From the NCBI RefSeq assembly GCF_001194135.2, contig NC_069002.1, positions 36,387,308-36,451,307 on the forward strand: DNA of 64,000 nt. The letters run 5' to 3'. Of this stretch, positions 1-12,966 are shown in pieces. The stretch's first letter is position 1; each line of letters opens with the position of its first letter. The stretch is from Octopus bimaculoides (lineage: Eukaryota). Position numbers and translations under genes: made by a program. Below the pieces are notes generated by a model. It was given only the letters and a program-made list of their open reading frames with translations. It did no database searches and was not told the origin of the DNA.

Positions 1-55
<55 letters not shown>

Positions 56-59
56 ATAT

Positions 60-270
60 GTTTGTGTGTCTATGTTTGTCCCCCAACATCGCTTGACAAT
101 TGATGGTGGTGTGTTTACGTCCGCGTAACTTAGCGGTTCGGCAAAAGGGAGTAATAGAATAAGTAGTAGGCTTACAAAGAATAAGTCCTGGGGTCGATTT
201 GCTCGACTAAAGGCGGTGCTCCAGCATGGCCGCAGTCAATGACTGAAACAAATAAAAGTGTAAAAGAGTA
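60..270 (+). mobile_element. Octopus microsatellite-containing SINE, 3' half
   Basis: gtttgtcccccaacatcgcttgacaa...ggcggtgctccagcatggccgcagtcaatgactgaaac. The family recurs at 326-560(-), 12965-13175(+), 36045-36510(-) and 62690-62985(-). Confidence 0.85.
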
Positions 271-325
271 TATATATACATACACATAGATATACGCATC
301 AGAATATAAGTATATGTATTTCTAT

Positions 326-543
326 ACTGTTTTACTCTTTTACTTGTTTCAGTCATTTGACTGCAGCCATGCTGGAGCACCGCTTTTAGTTGGAGAAATC
401 TACCCCATGACCTATTCTGTAAGCCTAGTACTTACTCTATCGGTCTTTTTGCTGAACTGCTAAGTTACGAGGACATAAACAGACCAGCATCGGTTGTCGA
501 GCGATGTTGGGAGACAAACACAGACACACAAACATATACACAC

Positions 544-560
<17 letters not shown>
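326..560 (-). mobile_element. Same SINE family, inverted, tail-to-tail with 60-270
   Basis: Reverse complement of the 60-270 element. Confidence 0.85.
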
Positions 561-586
<26 letters not shown>

Positions 587-713
587 CACACATACACACA
601 CACACACATACACACACACACATACACGAAAAAGTGATACAAATCAGTATGCACACACACAAACATGGAGATACATGTATGTGCGCTTCACATAAATGAA
701 TACATATGAAGAA

Positions 714-767
<54 letters not shown>

Positions 768-1285
768 NNNNNNNNNNNNNNNNNNNNNNNNNNNNNNNNN
801 NNNNNNNNNNNNNNNNNNNNNNNNNNNNNNNNNNNNNNNNNNNNNNNNNNNNNNNNNNNNNNNNNNNNNNNNNNNNNNNNNNNNNNNNNNNNNNNNNNNN
901 NNNNNNNNNNNNNNNNNNNNNNNNNNNNNNNNNNNNNNNNNNNNNNNNNNNNNNNNNNNNNNNNNNNNNNNNNNNNNNNNNNNNNNNNNNNNNNNNNNNN
1001 NNNNNNNNNNNNNNNNNNNNNNNNNNNNNNNNNNNNNNNNNNNNNNNNNNNNNNNNNNNNNNNNNNNNNNNNNNNNNNNNNNNNNNNNNNNNNNNNNNNN
1101 NNNNNNNNNNNNNNNNNNNNNNNNNNNNNNNNNNNNNNNNNNNNNNNNNNNNNNNNNNNNNNNNNNNNNNNNNNNNNNNNNNNNNNNNNNNNNNNNNNNN
1201 NNNNNNNNNNNNNNNNNNNNNNNNNNNNNNNNNNNNNNNNNNNNNNNNNNNNNNNNNNNNNNNNNNNNNNNNNNNNNNNNNNNNN
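768..1285. other. Assembly gap (first of 11 N-runs)
   Basis: Other gaps at about 2896-3001, 4918-5184, 17200-17892, 27491-28308, 33187-33253, 36372-36381, 36899-37515, 42564-42624, 51832-52289 and 56518-56765. Most abut microsatellites. Confidence 0.99.
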
Positions 1286-1286
1286 N

Positions 1287-1317
<31 letters not shown>

Positions 1318-1605
1318 TTATATTTATATTTATATTTATATATTTATATACATAGACGTTAACAAATTCAAGAAAGTACACTTAGTAACCGTTAAAAGAA
1401 CAGAAGACTATGACTTGTGGTATTTGTTTCGGTTTTCATGTTTTGAGTTCAAGTCCCGTGAGATTCTTTTTTCTATCGACGTCGATAAGATAGATACCAG
1501 TATAGTTTAATCCTCTTTCCCTACAAATTCCTTGCCTTCTCCCTGAATGAGAAACCATAATTTAATAATATTTCTTTTATTTCCTAATATATTCTGTATT
1601 TACAG

Positions 1606-1768
1606 TGACAGGATCAAGAGAGATGGTGCTACATGTTCCCTACGGCCTTGTGCACATGCTCCGATAGAGAACTGCTGCAAAGGTCACAATTGTATATGTT
1701 ATGTGGTGCCCGGGGGCACTCGTTGCGTGTGTGTTGCCCCTGAGGTTGATAACGCTATACTGCAAACT
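1606..1768 (+). CDS. KN1: mature-peptide exon of a secreted 8-Cys knottin (agatoxin-like) precursor; signal and propeptide exons not seen (before the window or in a gap)
   Basis: Acceptor ttctgtatttacag|t, phase 2. Translates (S)DRIKR-DGATCSLRPCAHAPIENCCKGHNCICYVVPGGTRCVCVAPEVDNAILQT, followed by donor-like act|gtaagc. Framework C-C-CC-CxC-CxC after a KR site. Confidence 0.85.
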
Positions 1769-3001
1769 GTAAGCGCTTTTCTCGTTTTCCTTGTAAATTT
1801 TAATCTTATTGACGTTCTGTTCCTGTGAATCTTGTGGATAAATTGCTTACGCCAGATTGTTTTTCATGCAAGTAGAAAATCAATGAGACCACGAAGACAA
1901 TGAATTTGATGTTTTAGGTAAAGAGCATTTAGAACTATAATGCACAAATTATCCAAAGGAGCCAGACAAACAGCAAGCACAAAAATACACTCAACTACAA
2001 GAACATCAACTAGTGCTGCTGCTGTTGCTGCATGCTACTACAACTACAACAACAAAATGAAAAACTACTACTACTACTACTTTTTCAATTTTGATACTAA
2101 CTCAGTTATTAAATCCTATAACAAAAGAGAATTATGAACGAACATCAAGAATAAAATGGTAAAAGATGAATTTGTCTAACTACCATGAATTAATACAACG
2201 ATTTTATACATAATATATTAATCCGTCAAATCTTAATGAAATCCCAATTAAATAAATTCATTAAGCAATGACGAATTCTCCGTGCTTTGTTCTTCGCTGT
2301 TGCGTTCGTTTTTAACTTGTGGTGATAGTTGTTAATATTTTACATTGCAGTGTCACATTATGGTTTCAATAAAAAAAACAGTCATGGCTGAGTTGGCAGT
2401 TGATGACAGACGATACGGTTGAATTACGACCACTTCCAACGCTCTTTTTACAGACATCAAATGTATAAGCTCCCGCAGTCCACACTGTCCATCCACTCTT
2501 CAGATGATTACACTTGATTTGCTGATGATTTTACAGTAATTTCTTGCAAATGGAGCGACCACACAGTCTTCCGCATTTTCTACATCTAGGTTGCAATACT
2601 GAAGAAAAATGTCAGATAATTACGTGTATATATATATATATATATATATAAATAATTTAGATTCAAGGTGAATATGGTACTTAAGTTTAGGCACCAGAAT
2701 TAACTATGGTATTATCCATACAATTTCAAAATAAGGTGATTAAAATCAAAATAAGCAACAAGGATATGCAAAGTTAATGCAGTACGATCGTTTCATGCGA
2801 CTCCATTTATTTAAGCAATGTGAACATTACATCAAATTAAGATATTGAAATTTAATAAAATTTCATTTCAACAGAAGGACATATTTTTAGAACTANNNNN
2901 NNNNNNNNNNNNNNNNNNNNNNNNNNNNNNNNNNNNNNNNNNNNNNNNNNNNNNNNNNNNNNNNNNNNNNNNNNNNNNNNNNNNNNNNNNNNNNNNNNNN
3001 N

Positions 3002-3033
<32 letters not shown>

Positions 3034-4659
3034 TCATATTACATTATATACAGATAAGGATATGTATTCAACTAGAACCATACATATAAATTAATAAATA
3101 GATACATACATACCTTCATTCACATCCATATATATCAATATATATCAAAACGGAAAATTATGATACACATAAAATATTTACATGTACATAGTTCTCTATA
3201 TATGTCGATGTTTATATAGACGCATGTATTCACATATGGTAATACTCAGGCATACATAAATGTGCAAATTAAGTCTACACTGACAACACCTATATACACA
3301 CGTTTACAAATATACACTTACATATAATTATATTGAAAAGAAATAGTAAAATAATAATATATCTGGATAAGAATATAAATAAAAAATAAAAATGAAAAAT
3401 AGATAGATGCCTGAATAAATAAAAATGAAAATAAAGAAATAGATAAATAAATGTAATAATATTATATGATTGAATATCATTCATTATTTAGTTATTAATA
3501 ATTTGTAAATATGGTTATTAATTAAATGTAGTTATGTGAATAATAATGGATTTTATGTATGTGTTACAAAATTTGACTGTTCAATGTTTTTTGTTTTTTT
3601 TTTTGATAAAGTCTAATATAGTACATATAGCAATAATGCTTACTCCAATATTTTCTTATGTGTGATTAATGCAAAGATACTAGGTATATTTTTACTGGAG
3701 GTGTAATATGATATTATTAAAATGATTAGATTAAATAGTATACAAGAATAAATATAAAGAATATGGGATGGAAAATTGAATATATACAGAAAATATATAA
3801 ATATAATATTGGTGCATATTATATCATGTATTAATTTACAGTTAAAGATTTATCTGTATAGTAAATGAAAATAGTTATGAGGAAAATGACAGATACAAAT
3901 ATTATCAAGTGTAACTATTCACTGCTGTAATATTGGATAACTGATATAAAAGTTAGCAATTGTGCAAGGTAAGATATTGGTAGAAAAATAATTCTTGTGT
4001 GTACAATATGTTAAACAGTAGAATTAATTATTATATTATTATAATATTATGTGTAATAAAATTATAATAGAATTAGGTATTAATGTTAATAGTTTATTAG
4101 TTAGGTATAAAGTTAGGAGGGGGTTGTTATTAATAATGTGGCTAGTGATTACAGGGGTGTGTACAAGCAATCTAGTGAGGGAGATAATCAATTAATTCTA
4201 GTGAAGAGAGATAATGAAATAATTGTATAATTAAATAATAAATTAAAAAGATAATTAATTAAATTTGAAAGATATTTATATTTCCAAGAGAATATATGGA
4301 ATACTTTTCTCATTGAAAAGGATTTAATAGGGTGTTACTGGATTAGTGTTGACTTTTTAAAACAGTGCAGAGGTAATTGTATCACATTTAAGGTAAGATT
4401 CAATAATAGTAGTGGGCTAGGGGTTAGGGGGTGTACAAATATTATAGTGAGAGAGACAACAGATCTACTTATTATTTGAATTTGGAAAATACGTATTTTT
4501 CCGCGTGAACACGGGAATTACTTTTCTCGTCTCTTAGGTTAAGTAAAGTATTCCGAGACAAAAGAATATAGAATGCTTCCGTTATACAAAGAAGACATTT
4601 TTTGTATTATTCACTGTGAAAGCTGGTGCGGAAGCAATTATGTCCCATTTAAGATCAAA

Positions 4660-4850
4660 TCACACTCTGCTCTAGGCACAAGGCCCAAAATTTGTGGGGA
4701 GGGGACCAGTCAATTAGATCAACCTCTGTATGCAGCTGGTACTTCATTTTATCGACCCCGAAAGGATGAAAGGCAAAGTCGACCTCGGCGGAATTTGAAG
4801 ACAGACGAAATACCGCTAAGCATTTCGCCCGGCGTGCTGACGTGGTAAAT
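4660..4850 (-). mobile_element. tRNA-derived CORE-type SINE (octopus OR2-like)
   Basis: cgaccccgaaaggatgaaaggcaaagtcgacctcggcggaatttgaa is the reverse of the family core seen intact at 63384-63618. Further copies at ~7140-7350, 12232-12460, 13335-13430, 15160-15310 and 30000-30190. Confidence 0.8.
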
Positions 4851-5969
4851 AGCGTTAGAAAGTTATTAAGCTGTACAGACACCACTTCTTTTCTCTTTTA
4901 CAAATACAAGAATGCGCNNNNNNNNNNNNNNNNNNNNNNNNNNNNNNNNNNNNNNNNNNNNNNNNNNNNNNNNNNNNNNNNNNNNNNNNNNNNNNNNNNN
5001 NNNNNNNNNNNNNNNNNNNNNNNNNNNNNNNNNNNNNNNNNNNNNNNNNNNNNNNNNNNNNNNNNNNNNNNNNNNNNNNNNNNNNNNNNNNNNNNNNNNN
5101 NNNNNNNNNNNNNNNNNNNNNNNNNNNNNNNNNNNNNNNNNNNNNNNNNNNNNNNNNNNNNNNNNNNNNNNNNNNNNNNNNNNNTGTGTGTGTGTGTGTG
5201 CATGAAATTATTTGGCATTTTTTCTACAATTTTGCAACTTCGGTCAAGAAAACGCGTGAGACTTCGTGGTCGCGAGACTTCGTGGTCGCGAGACTTCCAA
5301 GGATTTAATCATAAAACCAGATGCATCACGGGAAGGGGGCGTGACTGCTGCAACGTGTGTCGCTGGCTTTTCCTCGCGGAAACACCATCACGGTCACAAC
5401 CGAGGAATACTGCTGAGCACTCCATTTGTTTTGGGGTATGTTGCCCATTGCCCACAACCCTCCATCTCTTGCACTCGTTTCCTACACCCTTTTCTGCTTT
5501 TCTCTATTCTCCTTTCTTATCTATCTTTTTTCCTGTTTCTTTCTATTTAAATGTTATAAAATAGAACTTGGACAAAATTTGTTTTACAATAATATAATGT
5601 GACACTGCAGAAACAAGTAGTGCAGTGAAGAAGGAAGAACAGAGTAATTTTCATGGTTTCATAAATTTATTTATCTGAGATTTCATTAAAATTTGAGGGA
5701 TTAATAACATAAATATATTAGATATAGGAGGAGGTGTAGGATGAGGAGAAGTAGCAGCATCAGTGACAACAACAACATTTGTTGATGTTCTTGTAGTTGA
5801 GTGGATTTTTGCTGTTTCTCTGGCTCCTTTGGTTTGTTTGTTTCCGTGATCGCATCGATTTCCCCGTTGTATAAAAACAATCTGATGTATATAGTTTACT
5901 CACAGGATTCACAGGTGCAGAACGTTAATAAGATGGTAAATTTACAATAAAAATCAGAAAAGCAATTAC

Positions 5970-7373
5970 AGTTTGGACTATACCGTTAGTAGCCACATGG
6001 ATCCTATTTTGTGAACTACAATAGCATTTACGATTTTCACATTCACATATGTAACCTGCGCAACATGGACGTCGTAGCCTCGGTCTTGGACCGTTGCAAG
6101 GCCCTTTTGTACATCTACCACGTCTCTTAATCCTGTCACTGTAAATACAGAATATATTAGGAAATAAAAAATATTATTAAACTATGATTTCTCATTAAGG
6201 GAGAAGGCGCGGAATTTACAGGGAAAGGGATCAGGCTGTATTGGTGTTTATTTTAACGACGTGGATAAAACCAAAAGAATCTGACGGGACTTGAACTCAA
6301 AACATGCAGATCCGAAACAAATACCACAAGTCGTATATTTCTGTTCTTTTAACGATAACTAAGTATATAAATATAAATATATATCCAGAATTTCATAAGT
6401 AGAATTAGATAGTCACAGGGGAATTAATGGATAAATGTTATAAAGAGTTAGAGACGAGGTAACAAGCGGGATAGTTATGTTCTTCAGTTAATAATTTTAA
6501 CAAATATGCATGTATATTAATTAGATGAGTCTACTTTTTAATACCCCCGATACATTTCAATGTTGCACTTATTGATTGACTGCATTCGAATTATCGCCAC
6601 TATTTTAAAACTTGGTTCCTGATTCTCAGCACATTTTAATTGAGAATTATGTTTTTAATTAGGAAATCAAATCTATATTCTATGTGGTAAAATCTCTCTT
6701 TTTCGGGTCATTATGATTTGTCATATATACACCTCTTAAATGAGATATGTAAACAAGGTTTCCGAATTAACAAGCCAAACAATTTTCCATATTGAAAATA
6801 ATGTTCAAAACAGAAATCTTAACCTTTATATGATTTTCAATTTTAGTTATTTTGGTTTAATTGTATTTGTATCAGAAAAACGATCTTCTTGGCTCGTGGT
6901 TACGAAGTGAGCCCCTTAACCACACGACCATACCAGCACGCATATTTCAATAAATTGTTAATAAATTTTGTAGGCAAGATATAAAGAAATATTATTTAAT
7001 TTTTTACTTATGAAAATAATTTTCTCTTCGCTAAATCTCGCTTCATATCTTCCCCTTTCAGATTTTCTGTTATACAGAAACTACCATTTAGAAATAGTCT
7101 CAGAATTTGAATTTGCCAATACGAATAACATTTTTACTATACACTCAAGGCCTGAGACGTTGATGGCGGGTGCTACTCCCTTACATAGACCCTAGTTCTC
7201 AACTAGTAATTATTTTATCGACCCAGAAATGATGAAAGGTGCAGTCAACATCGGCAAAATTTCAACTCAAAACACAAAACCGGAAGTAGTGCCACTATGG
7301 GTATTTTATCCAGAGAGCTAATGATTCTGCCAGCTTACCGCCTGGCCAAAACTAAATTAAGCATATATATATA

Positions 7374-7421
<48 letters not shown>

Positions 7422-8170
7422 AGAGATGCAGATATGTAGTACTTACCTATAACTCACTGCACTCAAACTTACATAAACTCCTGTCTGTTGATGCACTAGA
7501 GCAACATCTGAAAGAGATATTAAAATACATCTGAAAGAATTAGATATCCATTTGCCCATGCATCACTCAACAGATAATTCATTGAATACAGGATAATGTA
7601 TTTATAATAACCCCATTTGAAACAAAATGCAGGATCATGACGACTGGAACTCGTATTTCCTCATTCAGGCAGTTAATATGGCTCCTCACTGCAGTGATGG
7701 ATATTTGTAATGCATAAAGGAGAAGGAAGGACAAGAAAACAAGTAAAACCCTCACCTTATGCATATTTGGAATATATAATATAACGAGGCTCTACTATTA
7801 CTATTAAATAAGATTCAACGCTCTATATCAAAGGCTCACAGTGAACTGCTTACCAATAGGAGCTCACAGTTTTTTAAATTTATAACAGTGGAGTCAGTTC
7901 ACCTTTAGTCACGAGGGAGTGGTCGGACTCCTTCCACAACATGTAGATAAATAGAGAATTATTTATTTGAAAGCTGTAATTACATATAAACGGGGTACAT
8001 CCGAAAGACCGTTGAGGTAACGTTATTCATTTTTTTTTCTGACTCCCTTTTCTCCCACTACATATCTGATGACTATAAAGTAAAAAATATTTCCAATTAT
8101 ACTTACTTCGTTTACCGGAGAAGCTGTATGAAATGAATGCACAAAAGAATAAGACACTGATGTTTTTCAT
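5970..8170 (-). CDS. KN2: 8-Cys knottin precursor (signal exon 8170-8107, propeptide exon 7507-7447, mature exon 6138-5970)
   Basis: ag|gtgcgtgATG, MKNISVLFFCAFISYSFSGKR a|gtaagt; ttcag|at..NVALVHQQTGVYVSLSAVSY ag|gtaagt; tttacag|t DRIKR-RGRCTKGPCNGPRPRLRRPCCAGYICECENRKCYCSSQNRIHVATNGIVQT|gtaatt. Phases 1 and 2 join in frame. The middle exon is the least certain because it has an internal gtaagt. The C-terminal end is uncertain. Confidence 0.82.
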
Positions 8171-9040
8171 CACGCACCTAATGATATAGAAATATAACAA
8201 CGGGAGTCATTAGAAACGGAAGCTTTATTCCTACAAAGAAGCAAAGGTCTGCAGCTGAAATTTAGGTTACGCTGATCTTGTAGCTATCTGTTGTGGAGAT
8301 AACAGTAATAATGGCACACCCTCCCACGTGACGAGTGATATGTGCTAGTCGCTATAAATATAGTGGTGTCGGTCAGTAGAAAGAGTGAGTATGAAGTAGA
8401 AAGTCATAGATAGTGGTGGTCTTACTTGTCTTACTAACTATAGCAGAGTGGGCATTATAAGGATTACAAGAGTGGCGACGAGGAATTAAGAAACTTCCGA
8501 GGAATTAACAAACTCACAAGGAGTTATGAAACTCAAAAGTTTTTTTGTGAAAATTTTACGGGAAAAAAATTGTAAAAATATGGAAAGTTTGTTGGCGGGT
8601 TTGCTTGAGTTGTAAGAACAGTAGCAACTGAAAGAACAACAGCAACAGTTACAACTGCTAGAGCAACAGCAGAAGCAACAGCAGAAGCAACAACAACAAC
8701 AATTACTATTACAACAACAAATGCTGCAATTAATGAAGTGTAAGTCATCAGAAAATGCTGAAAAAAATGTTCTGAACGACCGATTTGCATTAACCAAAAA
8801 AAAAAAACAAGAAAAGCTGGAGTTAATCCAAAAAGAAAGAAGTAAAATGATGCATATTCAGTCGATGATTTGTAAAGCGAAAATTTTTAAATCGTTAAGA
8901 GTATTCTGTCTGATTGAGGATCTTGGGTTCTACACATGCGCACTGACAACAAACAAATCAAGCTTATAAACACACATTCTACCTCTACAAACCATCATCG
9001 TTACCATAACATTCTATACATTGTTAATACTAATTTACAT

Positions 9041-9100
9041 ACAGTCATAATGAATAATTTAAATGTTACATACTTGTTATATTCGACCGGTATTTATATA
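9041..9100 (-). promoter_or_regulatory. Putative KN2 core promoter (TATA) plus short non-coding first exon
   Basis: TATATAAATA at 9100-9091 (minus). A GTATGT donor at 9042 is conserved in the paralogous blocks at 11174 and 13975. The signal exon is preceded by an acceptor, so an upstream UTR exon is required. Confidence 0.5.
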
Positions 9101-9325
9101 AAGAACTCAATAGACTTCTCTTGTGAAGAGTTCAAATTAGATGATGGTATTTATATATATATATAATGTTAGTTATCAAGAGAACAGCATCAACGCTTGT
9201 TTGCACCAGCTTTCGTATCCTTCTCTCTTTCTCAACTTGCTCTCAATGTATCCTGTTCTTTTTTTTTGCTCACACAAACACACATATATACACACAAATA
9301 CGTACACACTAAAAAACGACCACCC

Positions 9326-9393
<68 letters not shown>

Positions 9394-9849
9394 AACATGA
9401 TTAATGCGATTAGTTTCTGTATTACTAACTCGTGTAGCTCGAACACCTGTGTGGAGTAATAATAAGAAGTATTATTATAAGAATTAGAATAAGTCGTTTC
9501 GCACAATATCAAAATCATATTCTCTGTTACGTCAACGATCCTCACTGAATGTCGGAGCAACATCTGTGTGCGAAAGAGTTCGATTACAGTTTGCCTCGGG
9601 ACGTCAGGCGAGAGACTTTTGAATAAGTAAAGGTTCCGTGCTGATCAGAATGATATTGTATTAGAAATCGACAGAAGGAAATGTATAATGTATAATTTTT
9701 ATTTATTGGGAACATAAACGAAATGCATTTTCCTCTTCACATGGTAGAGAATCGAAATCTAAACCAAGACAAAAAAGAAACAGGAAGAAAAAAGAAGAGA
9801 GAAAGTCAAAAGAAACAGCGATTAGAACCTTTGACCTCCAGAAAAGTGG

Positions 9850-10030
9850 GATTACTTAAGTAATTTCTTAGATTCTCATGTACTCAAGTTTTTGTAAGAC
9901 AAAAGCTCTAGCTAAGAAAAAATAAAGAGGAATATCATCTATACATGCGCAGGGGTTGATCGATAAAAATCGATGTTCAGAATGGATAAGAGTAATTGGC
10001 ACATTACGATCTGATGGACTACAAATAGTG
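9850..10030 (+). mobile_element. Decayed pogo/Tigger-type transposase fragment (paralog of 12620-12880)
   Basis: Aligns with 12620-12880, sharing e.g. cacattacgatctgatggac. Confidence 0.5.
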
Positions 10031-10039
10031 AAGTGTTTC

Positions 10040-10250
10040 ACCATCTGGGACCAATTAAGAATATTCTATAACAAACACTGATCGAACAGTAAATTCTCAA
10101 CAGAATTTTGGAAGAGGAGTCCTGCAAGTCTACCAGATAGATGGTAGAGCATTGTAGAAAATGAAGGAGAGTATATTTTAGATGAAAAAATAACTTTGTT
10201 TATCTTTATTCGATGTGGTATCAAATGGTTCCCAGACTAGCTATATTTAA
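10040..10250 (+). mobile_element. Mariner transposase C-terminal remnant
   Basis: Translates FWKRSPASLPDRW*SIVENEGEYILD, resembling the mariner C-terminus (..LP.RW..V....G.Y). Confidence 0.6.
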
Positions 10251-10400
10251 AGTTTCGACATCTTCGCCTTCGAAATAGTCACTTTGCGCAGCAATACACC
10301 AGTCTCAATGATCCTCCTGCTTTTGGAATCTGGCCTGGATGTTGTTTTCTGTAAGCGAGTCAAGGACCTTTATAAAGTAAAAGAAAATTATAATTAACAC

Positions 10401-10473
10401 TTTGTTCATCCGAAAAGGTTCATGAAATGAGTTCACAGAAAAGAATAAGACATTGATGCTTTTCATCAAGCAG
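10401..10473 (-). pseudogene. Degenerate duplicate of the KN2 signal-peptide exon
   Basis: cag|ctgcttgATG aaa agc atc aat gtc tta ttc ttt aligns with KN2 exon 8170-8107. It has a 2-nt insertion that destroys the hydrophobic core (MKSINVLFFSVNSFHEPFRMNK) and a weakened donor (gtgtta). No propeptide or mature exon lies between it and the KN2 upstream unit. Confidence 0.65.
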
Positions 10474-10689
10474 CTGCTGAAATAGAAAAACGAGAGTCAC
10501 TGAAGACGGAACCCCTTTTGTTTCAAAGAAGCTGAAGTTTTGGTAAAAATAACCTTATACCGATTCAAATTTATTTCACTGAAAGTCCAAGATGTGTGAA
10601 TTAGTAACAATAAAAGTCATTTCAAACTGTCAAATTTATGTTCATCATTGGAGAAAATTTCGGATAAAAATACGATAATGTTTATATGT

Positions 10690-10823
<134 letters not shown>

Positions 10824-11049
10824 TGTTTTTTTTTCATACCAACATATACTCATGCCTGAAATCATGGCATATTTCAAATTGTTGTTTAGATACATTTTAT
10901 TCCTTATCCTGCATCCATATGATCAACGATATTAACCCATTACCTCCCACAATTCTATTAACTGGAATTTTTTTTATGAAACTTTGATTTCTAGCATAAA
11001 ACAGCCTTAGAAAAATTTGTAAAACATTCAGTGTATTGTCTCTGTTTCA

Positions 11050-11350
11050 GGTTCACGGGATGTACGCATGCGCACAGGCAACAAACAAATCAAGCTTATA
11101 AACACACATTCTACCTTTACAAAATATCATCATTACCATAACATTCTATACATTGTTCATACTAATTTACATACAACCACAATGAATAATTTAAATGCTA
11201 CATACTTGTTATATTCGAACAGTATTTATACAAGGAGCTCAGTAGCCTTCTCTTGTGCAAAGTTCAAACCGGTTGATGATACTTAAATGGTGTTAGTTAT
11301 CAAGAGAACTACCTCAAACGCTTCTTTATACCAGATTTCGTATTCTCTCT
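11050..11350 (-). repeat. Second copy of the KN2 upstream block (putative promoter/first exon)
   Basis: Aligns by eye with ~8930-9260. GTATAAATA at ~11231-11222, GTATGT at 11174. Confidence 0.7.
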
Positions 11351-12619
11351 TTCCCAACTTGTTCTGCTTAATATTTCTTCTTTTTTTACACACATAAGCA
11401 CAGACACACACACACCCACAGACATAAGCACATATCAATACACACACAAACACACCCACAGACATAACCACATACCAATACACACACAAACATACATATA
11501 CGTATATACATAGATATAGCAACACACACACACACATACGTACATACATGAATATCAACAACACGATTTATGCGATGAGATTCAATGTTACTAATTTATG
11601 TACCTCGAACAGCTGTATGAATTAATAAGTAGTAATTAGAGAACGTAATTTCAAATAATACTAAACTTATGTTCTCAGTTAGGCCAATGTTGGAGACGTC
11701 AAAATTTGTGATAAGAACAGGATAATGTTTATATATTGTTTTTTACATGTCAACATATATAGATTGCTAAAAAAATTTCCGCAAAACTCCAAATCGTTGT
11801 TTAGATCCAGATCATTCCTAATCCAGCAGACATATTGTCAATGACATTTTATTTATGACCACCTTTTATTGTGTCCAGCTTCACATACGGAATACCGTGT
11901 AGACTCCTATAAAAAAAAATCAATCTCATGTAATATTCGGTTCCCTATTTTTGGAAATAATGTGGAATTTTCCATTTATCACGTGTAAAAGTCGATTCTA
12001 TGCCAGTGCAATATATATGTGTCAGAAGATAGATTATAGTTTCCCTCTGGACGTTGGGTAAAAAATTATTGAATAAGCAAAATCGGGTCGTAACATCACT
12101 TTGCAGCACAGCTTCTCCTGGAATTGAAATTGCATTATGGACGGGTTTTATGACTGAGTTCTTCGGCTGATAACTAAGCACCCAAAACGCTGCTTGATGA
12201 TCAAAATGATAATATATTATATCTTCATATAAGGCGGTAAGCTGGCAGAGTCATTAGCACACCAGGTAAAATGTTTAGCAACAGTTTCTTCCGACTTTAT
12301 GTTCTGAGTTCAGATTCCACCGATGTTGGGTTTATCTTTTATTTATTTATTTTTTGCGACGCTGGTAAAATAGATACCAGTTAAGTACTGGTGTTGATAT
12401 AATTGATTTAACTCTTCTCCCCCAAAATTACGGGACTTGTGCCAAAATTTGAAGCCAATATGTTAGTTTCTTCAGATTTTAATCGGAAATCGGCGGAAGA
12501 AAGGCAACAAATTTTCATCTATTGGTAACATAAATGAAAGGCTTATTCCTCTTGGAATGTCAGAGAATCGAAATCTAAGCCAAAAAGAGAACAGAAGCAG
12601 CAATGAGAAGAGCTGGATT

Positions 12620-12880
12620 GAAGAAAAGTAGGATTGTATTTGCAGATTCTTAGTTTCTGATGGACTTAAGTTAAAACCGATGGTTGTTTTTAAGAGAAAA
12701 ACTTTAGCAAAGGATAAATAAAGAGAAATGTCATCCAGGCAAGCATAAAGTTGGATGAATAAGAATGGATGTAGAAAATGAATTAAAGTAGTTTGCACTT
12801 TACGATCTGATGGACAACAAGAAGTAAAGAGTTTGTTCGTCAGGGACCAGTTTAGGGCACTTTAGTGAAAAATGGGAGAA
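12620..12880 (+). mobile_element. Decayed pogo/Tigger DDE_1 transposase fragment
   Basis: DGLKLKPMVVFKRKTLAKDK...WMNKNG...DQFRAL matches pogo-family DDE motifs; broken by stops and frameshifts. Confidence 0.7.
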
Positions 12881-12903
12881 CGTTGTTGATAACATTCTGC
12901 TAG

Positions 12904-12964
<61 letters not shown>

Positions 12965-12966
<2 letters not shown>

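Noticed and set aside
437-1381. Long ORFs such as MCVCVCV.., YIYIYI.., HTHTHT.. and X-filled ORFs (here and throughout)
   Set aside because: Translations of dinucleotide microsatellites and N-gaps, not genes.
5250-5500. Cys-containing ORF (RCITGRGRDCCNVC..) next to a 16-bp repeat gagacttcgtggtcgc x2.5
   Set aside because: No knottin framework or splice context; likely transposon terminal sequence.
8880-8960. Minus-strand CACVEP.. looked like a knottin C-terminus
   Set aside because: It lacks the upstream CC-x4-CxC, and the AG and frame are not conserved in the other two copies.
8936-9166. Plus-strand ORFs MRTDNKQIKL.. (also 11068-11286) conserved in two copies
   Set aside because: They lie in the duplicated upstream block, are not open in the third copy, and have no recognisable features. 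Better explained as the antisense of KN2 promoter/intron sequence.
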